Source of the DNA: an uncultured bacterium
GTDB taxonomy: Bacteria > Krumholzibacteriota > Krumholzibacteriia > LZORAL124-64-63
Reading direction: 5' to 3'
NCBI GenBank assembly: GCA_963727525.1
Contig: CAVSGO010000006.1
Location: forward strand, 192,001 to 256,000
Length of the DNA: 64,000 nucleotides
Made by a program: the position numbers and the translations under genes. The notes under the pieces were generated by a model. The model was not told the origin of the DNA. It ran no database searches and worked only from the letters and a program-made list of their open reading frames with translations. This document shows, piece by piece, positions 52,656 through 63,456 of the stretch. Positions within the stretch are counted from its first letter, which is position 1. The number at the start of each line of letters is the position of its first letter.

Positions 52656-52990
52656 TCAGTCTTGTTGAGGCGAACGGGCGCGCTCGGCGGCGTGCCGAAG
52701 GGGGTGGACGACCAGTTCGGTCGGATTGTAGTGGAGATCCACCGGCAACCCATCTTGACACACACCAGCGACATGGTGCGCGGCGACATCATCGGACAGC
52801 GGCCCCGCAAAGATCACGTCGTCCTGTTAGATCCCGCTCTCGTAAAGCTCCTGCAGGAACGCCAGGTATTCGGAATCCGCCGCGATCTGTGCGGCGGAGT
52901 CGGTCTTCATCTCTGAATTCACCGATGCCCGACGACTTGTATGGAATACAGGGTGCAGCTGGTCGACCCGATCCAGGAATCGCAAGGCGA
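52656..52990 (-). pseudogene. Possible gene remnant with an in-frame TAA
   Basis: Protein-like reading (..MKTDSAAQIAADSEYLAFLQELYESGI*QDDVIFAGPL..) broken at 52827-52829; family not recognised. Confidence 0.25.
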
Positions 52991-53081
52991 TGGATTGCCC
53001 TGAGTCCCGATCTCTGGCCAAAGGGAGATTGATATGGTATGAATGCCCCACCCGTGCCCAGCCATTGATCCGGAGAACCGC

Positions 53082-55685
53082 ATGCAGCCAGGCCAGACTA
53101 TCGCCCAGTACCAGATCAAGGCCCGGATCGGCGCCGGCGGCATGGGCGAGGTGTTCGAGGCCCGTGACACCAACCTCGATCGCGACGTCGCGGTGAAGGT
53201 GCTGCCCCGCGAGTTGGCCGACAACGCGTCCCGCCTCGCGCGTCTCGAGCGGGAAGCCAAGGCCATCGCGGCCCTCTCCCATCCCAACATTCTGGCGATC
53301 TACGACTTCGGCACGGCCGACGGTACCGCCTATGTCGTGACCGAACTGCTCAAGGGCGAGACCCTGCGCGAACGGCTGACCCACGGCGCCATGTCCCACC
53401 GCAAGGCGACAGACTACGGCCGCCAGATCGCCCGCGGCCTGGCCGCAGCCCACGATAAGGGCATCGTCCACCGCGATCTCAAGCCGGAGAACATCTTCCT
53501 GACCCACGAGGGTCGGGTGAAGATCCTCGATTTCGGCCTGGCCACGGCGGCCGGCCCGGATGTGGACAGCGATCCGCAAGAGGGCGCCACGATCGACATG
53601 TCCGCCGACACCAGGCTGACCGAGCCCGGCACCGTGCTGGGCACCGTCGACTACATGTCGCCCGAGCAGGTGCGTGGCCTGCCGACCGACGCGCGTTCGG
53701 ATCTGTTCTCGTTCGGTTCGGTGATGTACGAGCTCGTCGGCGGCCAGAAGCCTTTCTCGCGCGAGACGGCGGCCGAGACCATGACGGCCATCCTGCGCGA
53801 AGAGCCCGCCGACCTGGCGACCCTGGCTCTGGAACTGCCGCCCGCCCTGGCGGCGATCATCAGGCGCTGCCTGGAAAAGCGCCCCGGCGAACGTTTCCAC
53901 TCGGCCCACGATCTGGCCTTCAGTCTCGAGGCTCTTTCGGGGTCATCCGTGTCCACCGGCACGGCGGCTGCTCTGGCCGGTATCGACAGCCCAGGGCGCC
54001 GATCGGGCGCCGGCATCGTGGTCGGGTTGCTCCTGGTTGGATTGGTCGTGGGCGCGGCGGCCGCGTGGTTCCTGCGCCCGACCCCACCAAACGGCTCCCA
54101 GGTGCGCTTCACGGCGTTGAGTTCCCGGCGCGGCACGGTGACCAACGCGCGCTTCACCGGCGGCGACGAGACAGGCATCTACAGCGCCGCCTGGGCCGAC
54201 GAGCCGCTGCGCCTGTTCCCGGCCTCGGTCGGCACGCGCACGTCGCCTCCGCTGAACATCGGCGATTGCGACCTGCTCAGCGTGTCGTCGGAAGGCGAAC
54301 TCGCGATTTCCCTGGACCGGCACCAAGCCCTGGGCTGGGAGGCCTACGGCACCCTGTCCGTGGCGCAGCCGGGCGGCGCCGCACCGCGCCCTGTCCTGGA
54401 GAACGTGGGCGTGGCCGACTGGTCTCCCGACGGCAAGGCTCTTGCGGTCTCCCACGAGGTGGACGGCGAGGTACGCCTGGAATACCCCATCGGCACCGTG
54501 CTCTACGAGTCGCCCGGCTGGATCAGCGAGATCCGGGTGCATCCGGACGGCGATCGCGTGCTCATCGCAGACAACCCACTGCGGGGCGACAACATTGCTC
54601 AGGCCCGGATCATCCACAGGGACGGTCGGGTCGAGGATCTCGGCCTTGGCTGTGCCTGGGGCGTGTTGTGGGACAAGGATGGCAAGTCCGTACTGGCCGC
54701 GAACGGCCTCGGCGTGACGCGCACCCACCCCGGACACGACCCGGTACAGATATTGTCCACTCCCGTTTCCATGCGACTCCTGGATATCGCCCCCTCGGGA
54801 CGGATGCTGGTGGCCATCGCTTCGGTCCGGCGCGAGATTTTTGGCCGGGAACCCGGCGCGAACGACGAGAAGAACCTCAGCTGGCAGGACTGGTCGACTC
54901 CCCAGGCCATCAGCGACGATGGGCTCGCGACCATCTTCGAAGAGGGCAACGACTTCAATGCGGACGGCTACGCCATCTATCTGCGTCGAACCGACGGCTC
55001 TGCCCCGCTGCAGGTGGGTTATGGCTCGACGGTTGCCTTGTCTCCCGACAAGAAGTGGCTGGCGGTCATACGGCGACCGACCGCCGACGACCGGACCCTC
55101 GAACTGCTGCCCACCGGAGCCGGTGAACCGCGGAGCGTGGACCTCCATGGCCTGCGCATATCGGATGTGAACTCCCGCTGGCTCCACGATCCGGACGGCC
55201 GCGACGTCATCGTCACACCGGCCAGCCGGGCCGGTGAAGCCCGGCGCATCTACCGCATCTCGCTGGACGGCGCGCCGCCGCAGACCATCACGCCGGAGGG
55301 CTTCCAGATCGCCCTGCTGGGCCATGTCGTGTCGCCCGACGGCCAACTGATCGTCGTCACGCCGCTCGAAGGCGCGGCGGTTTCATTCACCAGCGATGGC
55401 GATGGCCCACATCCCCTGGCTGGCGTGCTGCCCTCCGACCTGCCGCTGGCCCTGGAACGGGACAACCGGCACCTCTACGTGCAGGCGGCTCGCACCATCC
55501 CCTCGCCCATCTACCGCGTCGACACCGTCACCGGCGAACGCACCCTGCACACCGAACTCTCGCCCCGCGACCAGGCAGGTGTGTCGGTCATCGACCGGGT
55601 GAAGATATCCGCGGATGGCAGGGCCTACGTCTATTCGATTCGGCGCGTACTGTCGGACCTGAATATCGTGGATGGGCTGCGTTAG
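53082..55685 (+). CDS. Hanks-type Ser/Thr kinase with TM helix and TolB-like beta-propeller
   Basis: [35 protein letters not shown] repeats. Confidence 0.93.
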   Translation: MQPGQTIAQYQIKARIGAGGMGEVFEARDTNLDRDVAVKVLPRELADNASRLARLEREAKAIAALSHPNILAIYDFGTADGTAYVVTELLKGETLRERLTHGAMSHRKATDYGRQIARGLAAAHDKGIVHRDLKPENIFLTHEGRVKILDFGLATAAGPDVDSDPQEGATIDMSADTRLTEPGTVLGTVDYMSPEQVRGLPTDARSDLFSFGSVMYELVGGQKPFSRETAAETMTAILREEPADLATLALELPPALAAIIRRCLEKRPGERFHSAHDLAFSLEALSGSSVSTGTAAALAGIDSPGRRSGAGIVVGLLLVGLVVGAAAAWFLRPTPPNGSQVRFTALSSRRGTVTNARFTGGDETGIYSAAWADEPLRLFPASVGTRTSPPLNIGDCDLLSVSSEGELAISLDRHQALGWEAYGTLSVAQPGGAAPRPVLENVGVADWSPDGKALAVSHEVDGEVRLEYPIGTVLYESPGWISEIRVHPDGDRVLIADNPLRGDNIAQARIIHRDGRVEDLGLGCAWGVLWDKDGKSVLAANGLGVTRTHPGHDPVQILSTPVSMRLLDIAPSGRMLVAIASVRREIFGREPGANDEKNLSWQDWSTPQAISDDGLATIFEEGNDFNADGYAIYLRRTDGSAPLQVGYGSTVALSPDKKWLAVIRRPTADDRTLELLPTGAGEPRSVDLHGLRISDVNSRWLHDPDGRDVIVTPASRAGEARRIYRISLDGAPPQTITPEGFQIALLGHVVSPDGQLIVVTPLEGAAVSFTSDGDGPHPLAGVLPSDLPLALERDNRHLYVQAARTIPSPIYRVDTVTGERTLHTELSPRDQAGVSVIDRVKISADGRAYVYSIRRVLSDLNIVDGLR

Positions 55686-55711
55686 GCGCGTCCGTCCTGG
55701 TGTGATACGGG

Positions 55712-55751
55712 TTGATGGAAAGTACGCCCAAGCGTACAATAAAGAGTACGC
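55712..55751 (+). promoter_or_regulatory. TA operon promoter with overlapping GTAC-containing operators
   Basis: TTGATG-N17-TACAAT; GTACGC-N4-GCGTAC (55722-55737) and a third half-site GTACGC (55746-55751). Confidence 0.7.
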
Positions 55752-55764
55752 ATGGAGGTGCAAT

Positions 55765-56046
55765 ATGAGTAAAATCCCCGATATGGTCCCCGTCAGCGAC
55801 TTTCGGCAGGATGCCGCCGCTGTGCTCAAGAGGCTGCAGTCTGGCGCGGGCCCGTTGGTCGTCACCCAACGCGGTCGGGCAGTAGCCGTCATGCAGAGCG
55901 TCGAAGCATACGAAAAGCGTGAACGCGAGCGGGAGTTGCTGCGGCTTCTCGCGGCGGGAGAGCACGAGATCGCAGTCGGCGAGGGGCATTCACTGGCTAG
56001 CGTGATGAAGGAGGCCGACGCACTGCTCGGAGATGACGAGTCGTGA
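55765..56046 (+). CDS. Phd/YefM-family antitoxin
   Basis: PVSDFR...PLVVTQRGRAVAVM..VEAYE; GGAGG RBS. Confidence 0.9.
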   Translation: MSKIPDMVPVSDFRQDAAAVLKRLQSGAGPLVVTQRGRAVAVMQSVEAYEKRERERELLRLLAAGEHEIAVGEGHSLASVMKEADALLGDDES

Positions 56047-56335
56047 AGATCAAGTTCACTCCATCGGCGCGGCGGCAGTTTCTCGAAGGCCTGGAGTACA
56101 TCCGCCAAGATAGTCCGACGGTAGCTCGTCAGTTTCGGCTCAAGGCAGAAGCAGTGCTAAAAGCCGGTTGAGTGAGTTCCCGGATTCGGGTCGAGCGATC
56201 CCGGAATTCCCGGAACTGCCACATCGAGAGGTCATCGTTCGGCCGTACCGGTTCTTCTATCGCGTCATCGGAAAGACAGTGTGGATCGTTGCCGTTTGGC
56301 ATTCGGCTCAGTTGCCGGCTGGTCCGAGTAATTGA
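56043..56335 (+). pseudogene. RelE/ParE-family toxin, frameshifted
   Basis: VKIKFTPSARRQF..LEYIRQDSP... stops at 56169-56171; continues in another frame as RLSEFPDSGRAIPE...REVIVRPYRFFYR...IVAVWH. Confidence 0.85.
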
Positions 56336-56378
56336 GGTCCGCATAACAGGATCGTCGCTGGAATACTTGCAGGCAGCG

Positions 56379-56525
56379 GCGCGCTTCGACGAGGAGAGCC
56401 ACATCGGCTGGGCGCGGATGCTTGAACGCGAGGGCGTGCACGTCATCTACGGCCTGATCGGCCTGCTGACCCACGCCAAGCTCCTGCTCGTCTTGCGCCG
56501 CGACAAGGACTGCGGGCAACACTGA
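56379..56525 (+). pseudogene. ppk1: Internal fragment of polyphosphate kinase 1
   Basis: ARFDEESHIGWARMLEREGVHVIYGLIGLLTHAKLLLVLRR matches the PPK1 ARFDE...GLKTHAK segment. Confidence 0.8.
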
Positions 56526-56807
56526 CTTGAGCGTAGTGCGATCACCTGACGCGATGGACTCCGTTTCAAGAGGCAACCTAAAGATCTCCCCGGATTGACA
56601 GACACCGGGGTTCATCTCAAACTGTACCGGCAGTCTCTTATATCCGATCGCGACGTCATATCGACGGAGACAACATTTCGACGAACATACACGACTATCG
56701 CCCACTCCTCGGTACTTTGGCCGATACGCACCGCAAAGCCTCTTGGGCCTGAACGTCGCGATCCTCACTCGGGGCTGCTTTTTTCGACCATCATGGGAGG
56801 TATGATC

Positions 56808-57968
56808 ATGCGAATTCGTTTCATGTTGCTATTGATCGCAACCTTCGGGTTGTTGGCGATGACGGCGTACGCCGGCAAACCCGGTGACAGCGCCGTGACC
56901 TCGGTACCTTCGGACTACCCCTGCAACCAGCAAGGCGACGCGGGGCTGTGTCTACCACTCGACGCGAGCTGGGAAGTCGTCCAGTTCACCAATGGCGTCG
57001 CGGACTGCTACGAGAACGACGATGGTTCGTCCGTCATGTTGACGTTGCCGTTCTCTTTCGACCTCTTCGGTACGCCGCAGACCGACTTCTGGATCAACAA
57101 CAACGGCAACATCTCGTTCGATGGGCCCTACTTCACCTACACGCCGGAGGGATTCCCGGTCGCGAGCTTCCCCATGGTCGCACCGTTCTGGGGCGACGTG
57201 GATACGCGCTCACTACTCGATGGGGCTGGTGTGGTGTGGATGAAGATGGGTGCCAATTATCTGGCGGTCACCTGGGACCATGTCGGCTACTTCAGTTCAC
57301 ATACCGATCTGCAGAGCACGTTTCAGCTCATCATAAGCGACGGAACGTATGGGGGCATCGGGATTGGCAACAACGTATGCTTCTGCTACGCGGACATGCA
57401 GTGGACGACTGGCGATGCATCGGGTGGTGCCGGCGGCTTCGGCGGCTCACCGGCCACCGTCGGCGTGAACAAGGGTGACGGCGTAAACTACTTCAACGTG
57501 GGACGCTTCGATCACAGCGGCGGCGACTACGCCGGCCCCGATGGGATCAGCGGTGTCGACTGGCTCGACTTCCAGCAGATTTGCTTCAACGTCGGCGGCG
57601 ATATCAACCAGTGCCCGGTGGCCATCAACTTCCCGGCCGGCAACACGATCGTGATGACGGACGCCAACCCGACGTTGAATCTCAGCGTGGGCTTCATCGG
57701 ACCGGAAGCCGGCCAGACCGTGCACACGGTGGTCACCACCGGTGGCCTCGCCAACTTCGCCTACGTCAGCGTGGACGGCAACCCGTCGACGGTCACGATG
57801 ACGTTCACGCCAACCGCTGCTGAGATCGGCACTCACGTGATCCACTTCGCCGCGACGGACGATTATGATCCGCCGTGCACGACCGAGGTGGACCTGACGA
57901 TCATCGTCGAACAGAGTGTGCCGGCCGAGCAGAGATCCTGGGGCGACTTGAAGAGCATCTACCGCTAG
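56808..57968 (+). CDS. Secreted nidogen-like (NIDO) domain protein
   Basis: NDDGS, INNNGNISF, APFWGDVDTR, TFQLII, MQWTTGDAS.G..GFGG; tail SWGDLKSIYR. Confidence 0.85.
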   Translation: MRIRFMLLLIATFGLLAMTAYAGKPGDSAVTSVPSDYPCNQQGDAGLCLPLDASWEVVQFTNGVADCYENDDGSSVMLTLPFSFDLFGTPQTDFWINNNGNISFDGPYFTYTPEGFPVASFPMVAPFWGDVDTRSLLDGAGVVWMKMGANYLAVTWDHVGYFSSHTDLQSTFQLIISDGTYGGIGIGNNVCFCYADMQWTTGDASGGAGGFGGSPATVGVNKGDGVNYFNVGRFDHSGGDYAGPDGISGVDWLDFQQICFNVGGDINQCPVAINFPAGNTIVMTDANPTLNLSVGFIGPEAGQTVHTVVTTGGLANFAYVSVDGNPSTVTMTFTPTAAEIGTHVIHFAATDDYDPPCTTEVDLTIIVEQSVPAEQRSWGDLKSIYR

Positions 57969-58000
57969 GCCGCAATTCCAGGTAATCGCCGCGGACCGAC

Positions 58001-58034
58001 GGCCGACCGAGGAGATGGGCGACCTCGGTCGGCC
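58001..58034. terminator. Hairpin between convergent genes
   Basis: GGCCGACCGAGG-N10-CCTCGGTCGGCC perfect 12-bp stem. Confidence 0.45.
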
Positions 58035-58136
58035 CGCGCGGTGACCTGGCCTTCCCGAGCACCGACCCCGTGCGCGACGGCACCGACCCTGAGCCGCCGG
58101 GTCGAGGTGGGCTGCCGGGACTGACGGATCCTGCAA

Positions 58137-58652
58137 TCAGGATTTCGCGCACTTCCGCACCGTGTCCCAGGTGCGCGTCGTCTGATCCTTGCCGAACGTC
58201 GCGGCGATCATCTTCATGAACACGGGTCCGCGGGGGCTCTTCACGTAGGCGGTGAAGATCTCGCATCCTTCCACCGCGAGGATGCGGGCGCCGTCTTTCT
58301 CGCCAGGCAGGCGCGGCGTGGGGCTCACGGGCTTGCGCGTGAACGTCACCACTCTCTTCGCGTCCGGCGGTAGGTCGAAGCGCGCGAACGGATCGGCGGC
58401 GATGAGGCGCGTCAACATGTTGATCGAGCGCACGATCGTGAAGAACGACCGGCCCGCTTCCCGCGTGAGCGCGGTCTCGATCACGCTCTCGATTTTTGCA
58501 AGCGAGCGCATCGACGTCGAGAAGGCGACGTTGCCTGTCGCGAGCACCGTCTTGACGTCGGTGAAGCCCTCCGCCTCGATCCATCGTTTGAGATCCGGCA
58601 TCGCGAGATTGGTCGGACTCACCCCCCGCAGCAATGCCACGTAGCGTACCAT
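58137..58652 (-). CDS. DUF1697 family protein
   Basis: YVALLRGV...M, VKTVLATGNV, TTRTWDTV. Confidence 0.88.
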   Translation of the reverse strand: MVRYVALLRGVSPTNLAMPDLKRWIEAEGFTDVKTVLATGNVAFSTSMRSLAKIESVIETALTREAGRSFFTIVRSINMLTRLIAADPFARFDLPPDAKRVVTFTRKPVSPTPRLPGEKDGARILAVEGCEIFTAYVKSPRGPVFMKMIAATFGKDQTTRTWDTVRKCAKS

Positions 58653-58667
58653 GGATCAGCTCCCGGT

Positions 58668-59399
58668 CTAGAAACGTCCTTTGAGGACCAGTAAGGGTAG
58701 AGGCATGGCTTCGCGATTGCCGGCTCCGCCGGCGACGGCGCCCTCGCGTGCCACCGTGCGGCCAACGATCCAGCCGATCGTGGCGCCGGCGAGGACGTCG
58801 CTCAACCAATGCCGGGAAACCTCGATTCGCCCCATGCTCGTCACGCCCGCCAGCACGAGAGACAGGGCGGCCAGCCCATCGCCGCGACGACGTGTCAGCA
58901 CTGCGGCGGTCGCGAACGCCACGGCCGTGTGCCCCGAGGGAAACGCATAGGCGTCGCCATCGGGCCGCTCGCGGCGGACTGCGACCTTCAGCAAGCCCAC
59001 GGTGGTGGCGGTGAGGAGCTGCGCACGCGCCAGTGCGTAGCCGTCGCCGGCCAGTCGCGCGTCATTGCGGCTATTGCCGAGCGCCCACAGCGAGAGCGAC
59101 AGCGGCACCTGCACTCGTCCGTCGCCCCAGAGATTGCCCACGCGGGCCAGCGTCGGCCAGGGCCCGCCAGCACGAGCCAGGGTATCGCGCGCCTGGGCGT
59201 CGAGAAGGGAGCCGCCAAACGTCATGGCGGTACCGCCAAGCAGCCACAGGGCGTTCGCCGTGGTGGGCAAGGCCTGGATATCGTCGACCACGTCCGCCGG
59301 CATGTCGCCGGGATGCGGCAGGTCCGCGCCACGGGTCGGCGGCGCGAACGTTGCGATCGCGAGCAGCGCGATGAGTCCGGGAATCTGCGAGGTGCGCAT
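58668..59399 (-). CDS. PAP2-family phosphatase
   Basis: K...RRERP, FPSGH, SMGRI...HWLSDV. Confidence 0.88.
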   Translation of the reverse strand: MRTSQIPGLIALLAIATFAPPTRGADLPHPGDMPADVVDDIQALPTTANALWLLGGTAMTFGGSLLDAQARDTLARAGGPWPTLARVGNLWGDGRVQVPLSLSLWALGNSRNDARLAGDGYALARAQLLTATTVGLLKVAVRRERPDGDAYAFPSGHTAVAFATAAVLTRRRGDGLAALSLVLAGVTSMGRIEVSRHWLSDVLAGATIGWIVGRTVAREGAVAGGAGNREAMPLPLLVLKGRF

Positions 59400-59514
59400 G
59401 CCGGAAGTCTCGGCGCGCATCGGCGCGCGCGCCAGGGAAATCTGGCGTGGTTTCGGCACGGTGAGAACGAGCATACCTTCTTCCAGTGCGTCGTCACGAC
59501 CCGGAGGCAGTCCT

Positions 59515-59907
59515 GTGAATGAGATTTCCGTCTCGACCAGATCCCACGACCAGCTCGTGAACATCACGGCCGAAATCAATGCCGCCGTCGCCGATCTCGG
59601 CGTGCGCGATGGGGCGGTGCTGGTGCACGTGCCGCACACCACGGCCGCCGTCACCATCAATGAGGGCGCCGACCCGGATGTGCCACGCGACCTCTTGCGC
59701 CGCCTCGATGCCCTGGTGCCGTGGGACGATCCCGACGACCGCCACGGGGAGGGCAACAGCGCCGCGCATCTCAAGTCGTCGCTGGTCGGCTGCAACCAGC
59801 TGGTGCCTGTCGCCGCGGGCAAGCTCGAGCTGGGCACCTGGCAGGCCGTGTGGTTCTGCGAGTTCGACGGGCCGCGGCAGCGGCGGGTGCAGGTGTTGGC
59901 GATCTAG
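59515..59907 (+). CDS. yjbQ: YjbQ/UPF0047 family protein
   Basis: HTTAAVTINE.ADPDV, HGEGNSAAH, LGTWQ, EFDGPR. Confidence 0.92.
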   Translation: MNEISVSTRSHDQLVNITAEINAAVADLGVRDGAVLVHVPHTTAAVTINEGADPDVPRDLLRRLDALVPWDDPDDRHGEGNSAAHLKSSLVGCNQLVPVAAGKLELGTWQAVWFCEFDGPRQRRVQVLAI

Positions 59908-60017
59908 CTGGGTGTTGGTCGAGGGACCGCTGTTCCGGGGGGTTCCCCAGCGAGGCCATCTCATGATATCCTCTTGCCTGCGAATCTCGTTCCCGCCCAC
60001 AGCCCCGAGGACCTCCC

Positions 60018-61817
60018 ATGCCCATCCCCATGCATCGCCGGACGACGTTCGTCATCGCTCTCGTGTCTGTTGTGATTCTCGCCGCCGCCGCCCGGGCCGA
60101 TCTGGCGCCCATCGAGCTGGACGGTTTCTTCGACGACTGGGCGGCCGTGGCGCCGGTCGCGGTCGACGCCATCGGTGATGGCGGCACGGTCGACTTCGGC
60201 GCGGTCTCGGTGGCCAACGACCAGGACTATCTCACCATCCGGTTCGCCGTGACCGGCAACGTGCAGCCCGACGAGCAGGAAGACATGCGGCTGTACCTCG
60301 ACACCGACATGAATGCGTCCACCGGCATCGCGTACGGCGATCTCGGGGCGGAGCTGGTGTGGCAGTTCGGGAACCGTGTCGGCACGTTCACGCGAGGGGG
60401 GACGGCCACGATCCACCATGCCGACATCGGCCTCATGATGGGACCGACGGTGAGCAACGACGAGTTCGAGATCGCCCTGCGTCGCGACGCTGTGCCGGCC
60501 AACGGGCAGGCCCTGTTCCCGGGCGACACCGTGCGCTTCCTGCTGCGAGACATGACGTCCGGGGACCGCGTGCCCGACGTGGGCAGCCTCACCTACACCT
60601 TCGCCGCCGGCAACGACGCCGCGCCCACACTCGCGCTGGGACGCGCGAGCGCGTCGCACCTGCGCCTGGCGAGCTGGAACGTGCAGAACGACGGGCTCTT
60701 CGCCGGCGGCGCCGCCGAGGCGGCTCAGGGGCGGCTGCTCGGCGTCATCGACCCCGACATGCTCATCATCTGCGAGGTGTGGAACCACTCGGCAGCGCAG
60801 GTGGCCGCCAGGGTCGAGCAGCATCTGCCCAGCGGTCCGGGAGAGCAGTGGTACGCCCTGGGCATCGACGGCGGCAACGTGATCTGCAGCCGGTTCCCCA
60901 TCCTGCAGACCTGGGCTGTGAACCCCGGCTACCGGATCACCGCTGCGCTCATCGACCTGCCAGACACCGACACCGATCTGCTGCTCTTCGCCTGTCACTG
61001 GCGCTGCTGCACGGCCGACGCCGATCGGCAGAAGGAGGCGGATTCGATCATCGGCTTCCTGCGCGACGCGCGCTCGCCCGGCGGTCTCATCGATCTGGCG
61101 CCGGATACCCCCTTCCTCCTGGCCGGCGATCTGAACCTGGTGGGGTGGCGCCAGCAGCTCGACACCATTCTCACGGGCGACATCATCAACGAGGGGCTCT
61201 ACGGGCCCGACTCGCCTCCCGACTGGGACGGCAGCGACTTCGCCATCGTCCACTCCCGCCAGCTCGACGGCCGCGCCAGTTACACGTGGCGCGACGACGG
61301 CAGCTCCTACTATCCCGGCATGCTCGACTGGATGCTCTACTCCGGCAGCGTCCTCGACGTGCACAACAACTTCATCCTCGAGACCCGCACGATGACCGCC
61401 GCGACGCTCGCGGCTACCGGCCTGCAGGCCACCGACAGCCCCACCGCGAGCGACCACGACCCGCGCGTCGCCGATTTCTCGCTCAGGAACGCCGGCACCG
61501 GCGTACCCGACGTCGGGATGACGACCGCCCTCGCCCACCTGCGTCCCGCGGCGCCGAACCCGTTCAACCCCTCCACGGACCTGCGCTTCACCCTCGACCG
61601 CGCCGGACGCGTGGAGCTGTCGATATTCGACGCGCGCGGCCGCCGGGTCCGGAGCTTCCCGGACACCCACTACGCCGCCGGCGATCATGCCCGGCGCTGG
61701 AACGGCCGCGACGACACCGGACGCAAGGTCGCTTCGGGCGTCTACGAGGTACGCATGGTGGCACATCTCGGCCGACGAACCGAAACAGGATCGGCATCGA
61801 TCACGCTCGTGCAGTAG
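60018..61817 (+). CDS. Secreted endonuclease/exonuclease/phosphatase with FlgD-like tail
   Basis: SWNV, CE, GDLN, LDW, SDH motifs; PNPFNP tail. Confidence 0.85.
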   Translation: MPIPMHRRTTFVIALVSVVILAAAARADLAPIELDGFFDDWAAVAPVAVDAIGDGGTVDFGAVSVANDQDYLTIRFAVTGNVQPDEQEDMRLYLDTDMNASTGIAYGDLGAELVWQFGNRVGTFTRGGTATIHHADIGLMMGPTVSNDEFEIALRRDAVPANGQALFPGDTVRFLLRDMTSGDRVPDVGSLTYTFAAGNDAAPTLALGRASASHLRLASWNVQNDGLFAGGAAEAAQGRLLGVIDPDMLIICEVWNHSAAQVAARVEQHLPSGPGEQWYALGIDGGNVICSRFPILQTWAVNPGYRITAALIDLPDTDTDLLLFACHWRCCTADADRQKEADSIIGFLRDARSPGGLIDLAPDTPFLLAGDLNLVGWRQQLDTILTGDIINEGLYGPDSPPDWDGSDFAIVHSRQLDGRASYTWRDDGSSYYPGMLDWMLYSGSVLDVHNNFILETRTMTAATLAATGLQATDSPTASDHDPRVADFSLRNAGTGVPDVGMTTALAHLRPAAPNPFNPSTDLRFTLDRAGRVELSIFDARGRRVRSFPDTHYAAGDHARRWNGRDDTGRKVASGVYEVRMVAHLGRRTETGSASITLVQ

Positions 61818-61881
61818 AGAGGCGCCCCTCGACACGCATCTCGGGAGATGTCGACCTGGCGAACCTGCGGACCACCGTGCG

Positions 61882-63456
61882 TCACCGCATGAGCACGAGC
61901 CTCGCCACGCCACGCTGCTGGCCGACCAGCGCTCGTGCCAGGTAGATGCCGCTGGGGACCGTGCGGCCGGTGTCGTCGCAGCCGTCCCAGACGAGGTCCT
62001 GGCGTCCGGCCGCCAGATCGCCGGTGAAGAGATTGCGCACGAGACGCCCATCGGCGCCATAGAGCGACACCTGCGCGTGCCCGGTGCGCGGCAACGCGAG
62101 CGAGAGAGTGCACTGCGGATTGAACGGGTTCGGGAAGGCGTTCAGCGCGAGGGCGCCGGCGGACGGCGCGGCGTCGATCGCCGTCGCCACGTCCATCTCG
62201 GCGTAGTAGAGATCGCCGCCGTTGCCGAACTGGTTCGCATGCACATGCTTGCCGCAGGCCGCCAGGCGCCGCGTACCCGCGGGGCCGACGGTGGTGAGAT
62301 CGACGTCGTAGATGGAGCCGACGGTGTTGACCGCGAAGTACGGGTGCGGATCGGAGGCCTGGAAGACGTTCACCTCGGCGTTGACGTCGGCCTCGTCCCC
62401 CCAGCTACCCACGACCGCGAACGCGCCGTCATTGGCGCTGGCCACGGGCAGATCCTGATAGCTCCCGGCCGACACCGGGAAGAGGTACGTCCAGGTCGTC
62501 GCGCCGCTCACGCAGTCGTACCACTCGATGCGGTTGTGATCGTAGCTCGTGGTGTACCAGCCGGTGATCAGGCCGCCGTTGTCGGCGACCGCGCACGTGC
62601 CCAGGTACCAGCCGGAGCCCGCCACGGTGAAGCGCGGGCGATAGGTCTGGCCGTCGCCTTCCCACACGTAGAGCGTCGACCAACCCGAGGCGAGCCAGTG
62701 GCCGTCCGGCGAGATGGACAGGGGATCGGCGCTCGCGCCCACGCCGCCCGACCATAGCGGCACCCCGGTCGCCGTGGTGAGAACCATGACGGTGGCGCCG
62801 AGGCGCACCGCGATGAGGCCGCCGTCGGCGGTCAGGCGCAGCCCGCGCGCGAAGAGATTGGTCGCCGTCTGATAGCTCGACAGTGGTGTGCCCGTCGCGG
62901 CGGCGAAGCCGCGGATCGTGCAATCGGTGGTCGTGTTGACGGCGAGGGCCACGACGCTGCCGTCGTCCGAGACCCGCAAGCAACCCGCCGGCGCCGTGCA
63001 ATTGTCGTAGTCTTTACGCCAGAGCTCGGTCTGCGACGCCGCGTCGTAAGCGTGGAGCCGGACACCCTGCGTGGACGGGATCGTCTCCACGATCGCCATC
63101 ACGCCGGCGCGGCCGTGGGCCTGGTTCTCGCCGCCGGTGAAGGTCCAGGTGGGCACACCGCCGGACCCTGCCTCGAAGTAGTTGGCCACGCACGCCGCGC
63201 CTTGAATGCTCCCGGCAACGACCTGCCCGTCCCACGCCGCGCAGCTCACGTAGATATTGCCCGGGATGGTCTGCTGCCACAGGACCCCGTCGCGCGTGGT
63301 TGCCGGTACGGCTTGACCATCGCCCGCGATGGCGTCGCGCACGACCTGCGTTCCCGCATCATCCTGGACGAATATCTGGCGACTGAGCTGGGGTGGATCG
63401 GCCGAGACCGAGAGAGCGACGAGCGAGACGAGAACGACGATCGCGCTGATCCTCAT
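61882..63456 (-). CDS. Secreted beta-propeller protein with FlgD-like tail
   Basis: Signal peptide, W-terminated propeller blades, PNPFNP...WDG...SGIY. Confidence 0.75.
   Translation of the reverse strand: MRISAIVVLVSLVALSVSADPPQLSRQIFVQDDAGTQVVRDAIAGDGQAVPATTRDGVLWQQTIPGNIYVSCAAWDGQVVAGSIQGAACVANYFEAGSGGVPTWTFTGGENQAHGRAGVMAIVETIPSTQGVRLHAYDAASQTELWRKDYDNCTAPAGCLRVSDDGSVVALAVNTTTDCTIRGFAAATGTPLSSYQTATNLFARGLRLTADGGLIAVRLGATVMVLTTATGVPLWSGGVGASADPLSISPDGHWLASGWSTLYVWEGDGQTYRPRFTVAGSGWYLGTCAVADNGGLITGWYTTSYDHNRIEWYDCVSGATTWTYLFPVSAGSYQDLPVASANDGAFAVVGSWGDEADVNAEVNVFQASDPHPYFAVNTVGSIYDVDLTTVGPAGTRRLAACGKHVHANQFGNGGDLYYAEMDVATAIDAAPSAGALALNAFPNPFNPQCTLSLALPRTGHAQVSLYGADGRLVRNLFTGDLAAGRQDLVWDGCDDTGRTVPSGIYLARALVGQQRGVARLVLMR

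Noticed and set aside
56711-56778. CCGCAAAGCCTC...GGGCCTGAA...GGGGCTGC resembling the 3' half of a c-di-GMP-I (GEMM) riboswitch upstream of the NIDO gene
   Set aside because: No GNRA-capped stem or convincing tetraloop receptor; an Infernal scan with the Rfam c-di-GMP-I model would settle it
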